Shown piece by piece: positions 1 through 6,487 of a DNA stretch of 6,487 bases (its first letter is position 1; the number at the start of each line of letters is the position of its first letter). Where the stretch lies: the IMG/VR virus record IMGVR_UViG_2917886563_000003; one strand, 5' to 3'. This stretch comes from a virus (lineage: Duplodnaviria > Heunggongvirae > Uroviricota > Caudoviricetes). Under the pieces are notes generated by a model. That model had not been told where the DNA came from. It saw only the letters and a program-made list of their open reading frames with translations, and searched no databases. A program made the translations under genes and the position numbers.

Positions 1-2
1 TG

Positions 3-361
<359 letters not shown>

Positions 362-370
362 CTCGATCAG

Positions 371-1429
371 ATGAAAGATGTACGGGAGAAGGCTACTAAA
401 TCTTATGATGAGGCTGAATATGTAGTTGATAAGAAAACTGGTAAAGGAGAATGGAAGGGCGGCGATAGCGGCATCAATACTTTAATGAATGAAGGATTCC
501 TAACTAAAAAGGATCTAAAAGACTTTGCTGATAATCCGGCTGGTCTGGTTAGTAAAGCAGTTCAGGGAATGGTAGCTAAAGGCTATTCAGATGCACAAAT
601 CGGTAGTCGTCTGGAAGATCTGGCTGATGATTTGATGCTCACCTCTAAATACTGGACACGCTCCGCTAAAGAAGTGGAACAATCAGCACGAGAACAACGA
701 GAATCAGGGCGCTGGGTAACGCAGGCACAACAGGAAAGCGTTATTAAATTCCGTGAACTGAATAATGCACTTAGTGGGCTTTCTGACTCACAAGGGATCG
801 CCTTTGTTGATGGCTTTATGAAATCTCTTGATCCGAAAGTGATTGAAGAGTTTAAAAAGAGCATGGTTGCAATGCTGCCAATGTTTACCAAATTAGGCGA
901 GGCTGTAGGCGGTCTACTTAATGCGATCATGAAAACTATCAACTGGTTGATGAAAAACGACGAGAAGACGGCAGCTATTCAGAAGAATTTAGGGGATGCA
1001 CCGCCACTATCTAACGAAGGAATGAAACAGAATCTTTCTAATCTCACTCCTGATCAATATAAAGGCGCTGGCACCGGAACAATTAAGCCAGATAACAGCA
1101 ATTCCCTGGTTAACACTATTAAAAGCTGGTTTATGCCAGAAGAAACGGTAGGTGGGGCGCAGGCTGTAAATCAATACAGTCTCGAAGGACAAAACATTGC
1201 AAATCTGAAACAGAGTGCAGCACAACAAGCTCTCAAGGCTCCTTCTTACACCTTTGCACCTGTTATTCACTTCAATCCAGAATTACAAGTAAATGCAGAA
1301 GTGCCGCTAACTATCGAATCAGACACCGGACGATTGAGCGAATTTATCGACTTCAAATCAAAGGCATCCTCCGCTGAGTTTAGCAAGCTATTAACGCTGG
1401 GTGTTATGTCAGGCGGGTCAACCTATTAA
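371..1429 (+). CDS. Hypothetical protein, probably a 5'-truncated gene fragment interrupted by the IS; possibly the C-terminal part of a phage tail tape-measure-like protein (weak)
   Basis: Long open frame ending TAA at 1427-1429. The frame is open back to 332, right through the IS terminus; the first ATG is at 371 with no recognisable Shine-Dalgarno upstream. The protein is rich in K/E/Q/A with likely helical stretches (e.g. LGEAVGGLLNAIMKTINWLMKN) and no catalytic motif I can name. The track's start at 347 is a TTG alternative. Confidence 0.6.
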   Translation: MKDVREKATKSYDEAEYVVDKKTGKGEWKGGDSGINTLMNEGFLTKKDLKDFADNPAGLVSKAVQGMVAKGYSDAQIGSRLEDLADDLMLTSKYWTRSAKEVEQSAREQRESGRWVTQAQQESVIKFRELNNALSGLSDSQGIAFVDGFMKSLDPKVIEEFKKSMVAMLPMFTKLGEAVGGLLNAIMKTINWLMKNDEKTAAIQKNLGDAPPLSNEGMKQNLSNLTPDQYKGAGTGTIKPDNSNSLVNTIKSWFMPEETVGGAQAVNQYSLEGQNIANLKQSAAQQALKAPSYTFAPVIHFNPELQVNAEVPLTIESDTGRLSEFIDFKSKASSAEFSKLLTLGVMSGGSTY

Positions 1430-1476
1430 TCATCGCTGTGGGGCTGTTTAGCCCCCTTAAATAAGGATTACAAATT

Positions 1477-2154
1477 ATGGCAATGGGTCCGTTAACCATT
1501 GGTCGCCCGACTGAGGCGAAAATCAACAGCACAAGCAACGATAGCAACGGTAGAACAACTAAAGGGGGTAACGGCTTTGCGATCATTGCCTCTAACCTCG
1601 GCAGTGGTGCAAATGCTGCTTACAATGACTACCAGGCATTATCATTTGATAGCGTGGAATCGACGAAAATTAGCAGAAATGCAGACGTTACAAGCTATGC
1701 TGTCGAATCAGGATCAGAAGTTAGTGATCATGTTCAAATACGGAATAACAAGTTCACATTACAGGGGCGTATCTCTGAAACCGTATTGAAGCTCAATCCC
1801 GATATGATTAAGAATGCGGGAATTAACGGCAATAGACGTATGCTTATGCTTGAATACCTAAATCAGTTGATGGACAGTCGCCAACCTTTCCTACTTGTCA
1901 CTGAGTTAAAAAATTATGACAACGTTGTGTTAGTGGGTATGGACTTCGAAGAAGAAGCAAGCGAAAGCCTATTGTTTACTCTTGATTTTGAGCAAATCCG
2001 TCTTGTCTCTAAAGCAACTACAAGCGCAATTGCGGTAAAAACAGCACCAAATAAATCTGTAGGAGGCCAGGTTAAAATGCAGGTAAATACAACAGAACAG
2101 AAAAATCAAAAAAGCCCAGGGCAAGACGTTGTAACGCCAGTATTTAAACAATAG
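1477..2154 (+). CDS. Hypothetical protein (225 aa), likely a phage structural/tail-associated protein; function not recognisable
   Basis: ATG at 1477 preceded by AAGGA at 1463-1467 (good RBS spacing). Starts 48 bp after the upstream gene on the same strand, ends TAG at 2152-2154 and is followed by a hairpin terminator. The S/T/N/G-rich composition suggests a beta-rich structural protein. Confidence 0.75.
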   Translation: MAMGPLTIGRPTEAKINSTSNDSNGRTTKGGNGFAIIASNLGSGANAAYNDYQALSFDSVESTKISRNADVTSYAVESGSEVSDHVQIRNNKFTLQGRISETVLKLNPDMIKNAGINGNRRMLMLEYLNQLMDSRQPFLLVTELKNYDNVVLVGMDFEEEASESLLFTLDFEQIRLVSKATTSAIAVKTAPNKSVGGQVKMQVNTTEQKNQKSPGQDVVTPVFKQ

Positions 2155-2195
2155 CCTTAAACGCCTATGAAACGCTCTGTAACGAGATAATCATA

Positions 2196-2227
2196 AAAGA
2201 GGCATCAGTCTATATTGAAGCCTCTTT
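2196..2227. terminator. Probable bidirectional intrinsic terminator between convergent genes
   Basis: Perfect 8-bp inverted repeat AAAGAGGC (2196-2203) / GCCTCTTT (2220-2227) with a 16-nt loop, followed by TTTATT on the plus strand and preceded by AAAA (a T-run on the minus strand). It sits between the stop at 2154 and the integrase stop at 2235. Confidence 0.55.
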
Positions 2228-2234
2228 ATTACGT

Positions 2235-3506
2235 CTATAGCGTTGTTTTACGCCTTAAATTTGATTTTTTATTGATTGATAAGCCTTTCTCTATTTCAGG
2301 GTAGCGTAAAAGCTCAATATATTTTTTAAGCTCTACTGGAGAAGCTGCATTCTTGCTATATGTGCGGAATGTTTCTGTATTGCCGCGCTGATGGCCCAAA
2401 ATTAAGGCTATGCGGTCCTCTGGAATTTGATTTCGATCAAGAAGCTGTGCTACTCCGTGTCTCAGAGAATGAAACACTTTCCTTTCTGTTCCCTTTTCCC
2501 CTAAAGCCTTTCGTTTAGCTCTTGTAAATCGTTGTGTATGCCACGTAGAGCGTTTACCGTCAGCACGCTCTGTAATGCTGGCGTGATAGAACAAAAAGCC
2601 ATTGTGAGGCTTTTCACGAAGAGATAACACCAATGGAGTGATAAGGCTATGCACAGGCACAAGACGTGCCGCAGCTTTCGTTTTTCCCTGTGTGATTTCA
2701 AAACACAGCACACCTTCGATCTCTTTCACATCGTCTATTGTGAGACTTGCTATCTCGTTGATCCGCATCCCTGTATACATTCCGATCAGTGTTATATTTT
2801 GCATTTCTTCTTCATCAGCCAGCATTGAGAACACTTTTGCGAGTTCATCATTGCTAAAGGCTTCATAATTCACCTTGCTACTTTTAGCTTCAAGGCCGTG
2901 ACCTCGCCAAGGATTATCTTGTGGTGCATCGTGATAGCGGTTACGAGCAAGATCCCAGATCTGGGCTAATGCACTGATGTAGTTTTGTATTGTTTGTGGT
3001 GCTTTCTCATTTTTTAGGTCATCTAACCAGCTAGTAACAATAGTTCGGTTAACGTCACGAAGCTGAACATCGCGTTTATTCAGATGTTCTAAGAGCACTT
3101 CTACAGCCTTGTTTGTCTTTGATAGCGTGGTGAGTTTGCGCTTCTCGCTGAACTGGAGAATGTATTGATCACGCATCCTCAAGAGGGAAGGGCAACCAAT
3201 AGAAGAATCATTAAATGATTCAGATACTTGAAATACATATGTTCCAGCTTTCCGTAGTTCTGTAATAATTTGCTCGATCTTCGATGTTTTCTCACGTTGA
3301 GGCTTTAGCTTGTTACGTAGTTTTATCCATTCCAGCGCCACCGCATCACGGAACAACCGTGCTTCTCGAATATCTCTTGTACCCGTGCTCTTAACGTAGC
3401 TGCATCGCCCACCAAATAGATGACGCATATACTTAGGTATAGCGATCCTTACCAGATAGTTTCCGCAAGAATCTGAAATTAAATAGCGATCTCTCTTGAA
3501 ACTCAT
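2235..3506 (-). CDS. int: Site-specific tyrosine recombinase / phage-type integrase (423 aa)
   Basis: Minus-strand ORF with ATG at 3506-3504. The C-terminal catalytic domain has the tyrosine-recombinase signature: box I Arg (TGMRINEIASL), Lys in GKTKAAARLVPVH, box II HSLRHGVAQ, then LGHQRGNTETFRTYSKN carrying the nucleophile Tyr. The N-terminal region resembles an arm/core-binding SAM-like domain of P4-type integrases. Confidence 0.93.
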   Translation of the reverse strand: MSFKRDRYLISDSCGNYLVRIAIPKYMRHLFGGRCSYVKSTGTRDIREARLFRDAVALEWIKLRNKLKPQREKTSKIEQIITELRKAGTYVFQVSESFNDSSIGCPSLLRMRDQYILQFSEKRKLTTLSKTNKAVEVLLEHLNKRDVQLRDVNRTIVTSWLDDLKNEKAPQTIQNYISALAQIWDLARNRYHDAPQDNPWRGHGLEAKSSKVNYEAFSNDELAKVFSMLADEEEMQNITLIGMYTGMRINEIASLTIDDVKEIEGVLCFEITQGKTKAAARLVPVHSLITPLVLSLREKPHNGFLFYHASITERADGKRSTWHTQRFTRAKRKALGEKGTERKVFHSLRHGVAQLLDRNQIPEDRIALILGHQRGNTETFRTYSKNAASPVELKKYIELLRYPEIEKGLSINKKSNLRRKTTL

Positions 3507-3545
3507 ACAAACCCCGGCTATTTTGTCAGGGCTTTTGCACTTGAT

Positions 3546-3573
3546 AGTGTACAGTGTGAAGTGTCGATGTGTT
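3546..3573. repeat. Four tandem heptamers (AGTGTAC AGTGTGA AGTGTCG ATGTGTT) in the int upstream region
   Basis: Read directly from the sequence: three perfect AGTGT cores at 7-bp periodicity plus a degenerate fourth, 40-67 bp upstream of the int start codon and about 70 bp from the tRNA-like core. Confidence 0.5.
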
Positions 3574-3642
3574 GTTAGTTTTGCTTTTGATTCAAAGCAT
3601 TACAGGAGCTTGCTAGGCAAGCGAACGACCGTAGAAATACGT

Positions 3643-3669
3643 GCCGGTTCGAGTCCGGCCTTCGCACCA
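3643..3669 (+). other. tRNA 3'-end-like fragment (T-arm + acceptor 3' strand + CCA); putative att core or island junction, not a complete tRNA gene
   Basis: GCCGG-TTCGAGT-CCGGC forms a canonical T-stem/T-loop (GGTTCGAGTCC), followed by CTTCGCA-CCA. No complementary 5' acceptor strand, D-arm or anticodon arm can be folded from the ~90 nt upstream, so only the 3' part of a tRNA is present. It lies 137 bp upstream of int, on the opposite strand. Confidence 0.5.
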
Positions 3670-3682
3670 AAAGTATGTAAAT

Positions 3683-3707
3683 AGACCTCAACTGAGGTCT
3701 TTTTTTT
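3683..3707 (+). terminator. Rho-independent terminator immediately downstream of the tRNA-like 3' end
   Basis: Stem AGACCTC (3683-3689) / GAGGTCT (3694-3700) with loop AACT, followed by a run of seven T (3701-3707). Confidence 0.7.
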
Positions 3708-3974
3708 ATGCCTGAAATTCACGCCACACAAATCTTTTCCGCTGTTTTTTTCCAACTAACGTCAACCTGGTTCAATCCATATTAAATCCCTTAAGAATAC
3801 CGAACCAAGTATGTTTGCGCTTATCTATTAAGGATTCGGCTCTTTCAGAAAATCTAATCCATCCTCCAGGCACAATATTTATTGCGATCGTGCTCGCATC
3901 GTGGACAATGTTTAATCATAAGTAATATTTACATCAATGAAATCAATGATTTCTATTATGTCACGGAATGGAAA

Positions 3975-6197
3975 ATGGACAGCAATACATTGGGATTCAC
4001 TTCATACTGGCGCAACTCCTTAGCTGACGCCGAATCTGGTAAAGGAACGTTTTCACGTAAAGATATAGATTCATTCATTCGATGGATAAATATCACTGCA
4101 GGGCAGTTGGATGACGAGACTATTCGGGCATTTTTTGACGGTGAAGGGGAGTCGGTAAAAACCGTTGAAGTCGTGTTACGGCCCCAGGTGTGGAACCGCA
4201 TAGTAAAGCATGGCAAAGAGCAAATGGCAGGTGCCCCCGCAATTATCACGCCACTGGTTACCTCCGCTCTTCTGAATAGGGAAGGTTTTTTGTTTCCTGC
4301 TGCTTCAGCCACTATTCCCCGCGATCTGCTTGAACCTCTCCCTTCCGGTCATTTTTCTATTGGTGAGTTGGCTCAATATGACAAATACAAAACCACGCAT
4401 AGCACAGCCACCATTAATGAAGATGAACCAGAACATTACGAAGAAACTGACGAAGAGAAAGCGGAACGCCATGCCAGGTATCGTCAGCATTGGCAAAATT
4501 ATCTTCAACAGTCAGATAACCTTTTAAGAAACGTCGCTGGAAATTGGGTCGCTACATCTGAGCCATACGAACGGGCTGGATACGGTTATATTGTTAAAGC
4601 TAGCCAGCATGTAGGGGCCAGCGTTCATATCCTGCCTATGTATGACCATCTTCTGATGAGTCAGGTTAAGGTTCCGCTATTAACGCGTTTTGCCTCAAAC
4701 GAAATGGCTCCAGTGGAGCCACTTCTCGCTAAGAATGCGATGTTCTGCGAACGTCTGGGGCATTCCGGCGATAAGTTTCCGCTGGCAGTGGCGCAGCGCG
4801 ATGCCCTGAGCCATTATCTGACTCAACAGCAGGGTGATATGCTCGCTGTCAACGGTCCTCCGGGAACGGGTAAAACTACGCTGGTGCTTTCTATTATTGC
4901 CACCGAATGGACAAGAGCCGCACTTAATCAAACTGAACCTCCTGTAATTATTGCCACATCGACTAACAATCAGGCCGTCACCAATATTATTGAAGCCTTT
5001 GGAAAAGATTTCTCTACTGGTTTTGGCGTAATGTCTGGGCGTTGGTTGCCGGAGGTAATAAGCTATGGCGCTTATTTTCCGTCTAAAAGCCGTCAGGTTG
5101 AGGCAGCGAAGAAATACCAGACTGAAGATTTTTTTAACCGCGTTGAATCCCAGGAATATCTGGAAAAAGCCCGGGCCTTTTACCTTGAAAAAGCGGAGGC
5201 GGCGTTTGGAGCTGGAGAGTGCAATTCGCCAGAGCATGTAGTGACGCTTTTGCATGAACGTTTAACTTCACAGTTTATGCAACTTCAGCAAATCGAACCC
5301 GCATGGCGCAGACTCAATGATATCCGCCATGAACAGCGAGTCATCAGTGAGAATCTCGACCAGTATCTTCAGGACAAAAACACACTTCTTCTCAATATTG
5401 GTAATGAAATTTCACTTTTGGCCAGAGGTAAAAAGCAGTGGCAGCAATACCGTGCCGATGAGTCGCTTATGTATGCATTTTTGTCATGGCTCCCTGCTGT
5501 TCGTGCTAAACGCCATTACCAGATTAACCTCTTCCTGGACTCTACGTTCGGCACAAGAATGACAGCGTTCCAGGGAAATTGTCCCGAAGATATTGATAAA
5601 TTTATCGATAGTTTGATCGCTAAAGCACAACAAGAGCAGGCGGTGTGCCAACAGAATATCAACTTTGCGCAGGACATAGCCCGAAGCGAAATGGAAGCAG
5701 CAAAACAATGGCGCGGGTTGACTTATGCTCTGGGCTACAGGGGAGACGATGAGCTGAACCTCGCCGGAGCGGACGAGCTTGCCGATACTCAGATTCGTTT
5801 TCCAGCGTTCTTGTTAGCGACTCATTATTGGGAAGGTCGCTGGCTGATGGATATGGCGGCAATCGATAACCTGCAAAAAGAAAAAGGAATTACCGGGACA
5901 ACTATCGCCGAGGCTCGTTGGCTAAGAAGAATGAAACTTACTCCTTGTGTGGTAATGACCTGCTACATGTTGCCTTACCATATGAACAGGAGAAAATCTT
6001 TTGGTGGGGACAGAACATCGGATAATAATTATTTATATAACTTTGCCGATTTACTGATTGTCGATGAAGCAGGGCAGGTACTCCCGGAGGTTGCTGCGGC
6101 CTCTTTTGCATTGGCGAAGAAAGCACTGGTGATTGGCGATACGGAGCAAATAGCTCCAATCTGGAATGATGTAGCCCCCAGAAACACCGGACAGTAG
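3975..6197 (+). CDS. Large P-loop NTPase with SF1B (Upf1/Dna2/RecD-like) helicase motifs I, Ia, II and III and an uncharacterised N-terminal region; apparently 3'-truncated by the IS2-like insertion (740 aa as read)
   Basis: Open frame from 3882 (TTG) or 3975 (first ATG, preferred) to TAG at 6195-6197. Walker A GPPGTGKTT at 4854-4880; motif Ia-like PPVIIATSTNNQAVTNIIEAF; Walker B/motif II LLIVDEAGQ (DEAGQ at 6063-6077); motif III VIGDTEQIAPIW at 6129-6164. The ORF stops 10 codons after motif III with no motifs IV-VI, and the stop lies within or at the edge of the IS2-like left terminus. Confidence 0.8.
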   Translation: MDSNTLGFTSYWRNSLADAESGKGTFSRKDIDSFIRWINITAGQLDDETIRAFFDGEGESVKTVEVVLRPQVWNRIVKHGKEQMAGAPAIITPLVTSALLNREGFLFPAASATIPRDLLEPLPSGHFSIGELAQYDKYKTTHSTATINEDEPEHYEETDEEKAERHARYRQHWQNYLQQSDNLLRNVAGNWVATSEPYERAGYGYIVKASQHVGASVHILPMYDHLLMSQVKVPLLTRFASNEMAPVEPLLAKNAMFCERLGHSGDKFPLAVAQRDALSHYLTQQQGDMLAVNGPPGTGKTTLVLSIIATEWTRAALNQTEPPVIIATSTNNQAVTNIIEAFGKDFSTGFGVMSGRWLPEVISYGAYFPSKSRQVEAAKKYQTEDFFNRVESQEYLEKARAFYLEKAEAAFGAGECNSPEHVVTLLHERLTSQFMQLQQIEPAWRRLNDIRHEQRVISENLDQYLQDKNTLLLNIGNEISLLARGKKQWQQYRADESLMYAFLSWLPAVRAKRHYQINLFLDSTFGTRMTAFQGNCPEDIDKFIDSLIAKAQQEQAVCQQNINFAQDIARSEMEAAKQWRGLTYALGYRGDDELNLAGADELADTQIRFPAFLLATHYWEGRWLMDMAAIDNLQKEKGITGTTIAEARWLRRMKLTPCVVMTCYMLPYHMNRRKSFGGDRTSDNNYLYNFADLLIVDEAGQVLPEVAAASFALAKKALVIGDTEQIAPIWNDVAPRNTGQ

Positions 6198-6487
6198 CTG
6201 TATCTCCAGATAAGAGATAGGCTTGAATATATGTCTAACACTAACGCCAATTTTGAGATGACCGGGATCCTGTTAGGGCAAGAAGTCCGTAAACGTAAAA
6301 CTCCTCAGGAGAAAATCGCCATTATCCAGCAGAACGATGGAGCCGGGTATGAATGTCTCCCATGTCGCCCGCCTGCATGGTATCCAGCCCAGCCTGCTGT
6401 TTAAATGGAAGAAGCAATATCAGGAAGGCAGCCTCACCGCCGTTGCGGCCGGAGAGGAAGTCGTTCCTGCTTCTGAGCTTACAGCTG
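6172..6487 (+). mobile_element. Left-hand portion of an IS3-family, IS2-group insertion sequence; continues beyond the right window edge
   Basis: The region 6172-6230 contains TAGCCCCCAG...CTGTATCTCCAGATAAG, resembling the IS2 left terminal repeat as recalled (TAGACTGGCCCCCTGAATCTCCAGACAA). It is followed by an orfA-like reading frame whose product aligns with IS2 InsC. The left boundary is uncertain, somewhere in 6167-6195. Confidence 0.75.
6258..6487 (+). pseudogene. IS2-like transposase OrfA (HTH DNA-binding protein), apparently frameshifted; 3' end outside the window
   Basis: From ATG 6258 (or 6231) the frame reads [26 protein letters not shown], then runs into [22 protein letters not shown] (stop 6402-6404). 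From 6337 the +1 frame reads [50 protein letters not shown] to the window end. Both halves match IS2 InsC as recalled ([65 protein letters not shown]), implying a 1-nt insertion near 6336-6340 (GATGGAG). Confidence 0.65.

Noticed and set aside
583-1270. Minus-strand ORFs 583..942 and 1007..1270
   Set aside because: Antisense overlaps within the 371-1429 coding region, with low-complexity or Cys/Ser-rich translations and no start context. Typical shadow ORFs.
1499-1789. 96-aa plus-strand ORF overlapping the start of the 1477-2154 gene in another frame
   Set aside because: The 1477 frame has the RBS and runs the full length; the alternative frame is shorter and embedded, so it is treated as spurious.
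1404-2151. Minus-strand ORFs 1404..1586 and 1969..2151
   Set aside because: Antisense to the 1477-2154 gene, highly hydrophobic or Cys-rich low-complexity translations; shadow ORFs.
2501-2868. ORFs 2501..2713 (-) and 2638..2868 (+) inside the integrase gene
   Set aside because: Embedded in or antisense to the well-supported integrase frame; no independent support.
3590-3669. A complete tRNA gene
   Set aside because: Only the T-arm and 3' acceptor strand with CCA are convincing. I could not find a 5' acceptor strand complementary to CTTCGCA, nor D and anticodon arms, in the upstream 90 nt, so it is called a fragment or att core rather than a tRNA gene.
3496-3684. 62-aa plus-strand ORF spanning the int start and the tRNA-like core
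   Set aside because: Overlaps the integrase start codon and the att-like/tRNA-like segment; its C-terminal codons are simply the tRNA-like sequence read as protein. No RBS; judged non-coding.
3882-3974. N-terminal extension of the helicase-like ORF from the TTG at 3882 (771-aa version in the ORF track)
   Set aside because: Needs a TTG start and encodes a low-complexity, AT-rich-derived peptide (MRSCSHRGQCLIISNIYINEINDFYY...). The first ATG at 3975 is preferred, but this is not settled.
3975-4850. Possible HEPN-like Rx4-6H (ERHARYRQH) or nuclease motif in the helicase N-terminal region
   Set aside because: A single short pattern match in a charged segment with no surrounding conserved context; too weak to call without profile searches.
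3956-5862. Minus-strand and alternative-frame ORFs inside the helicase-like gene (3956..4312, 4305..4508, 4330..4527, 4695..5255, 5317..5562, 5484..5708, 5659..5862)
   Set aside because: All are embedded in or antisense to the long helicase frame, which carries ordered conserved motifs; their translations are basic or hydrophobic low-complexity. Shadow ORFs.
5938-6250. Minus-strand ORFs 5938..6159 and 6029..6250 across the helicase/IS junction
   Set aside because: Antisense to the helicase 3' end and the IS terminus; no start signals. Spurious.

Overview
This window is a mosaic mobile/accessory region. Working by eye from the sequence and the ORF track, I see: (1) the 3' end of an IS3-family element (IS911-like transposase OrfB C-terminus, right terminus near 361) inserted into the 5' part of a gene; (2) two co-directional hypothetical genes (371-1429, 1477-2154) that look like a prophage structural-module remnant; (3) a convergent tyrosine integrase (2235-3506, minus strand); (4) a tRNA 3'-end-like fragment followed by an intrinsic terminator (3643-3707), probably an att core or island junction; (5) a large gene (3975-6197) whose product has an unrecognised N-terminal region of about 290 aa followed by SF1B (Upf1/Dna2/RecD-like) helicase motifs I, Ia, II and III, and which stops about 15 codons after motif III exactly where a second IS3-family element (IS2-like) begins; (6) that IS2-like element's orfA carries an apparent +1 frameshift. 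The helicase-like gene is the best candidate for an undescribed accessory or defence function, but it appears insertionally truncated in this copy. No homology search was possible; family assignments rest on recalled motifs and recalled IS911/IS2 sequences.
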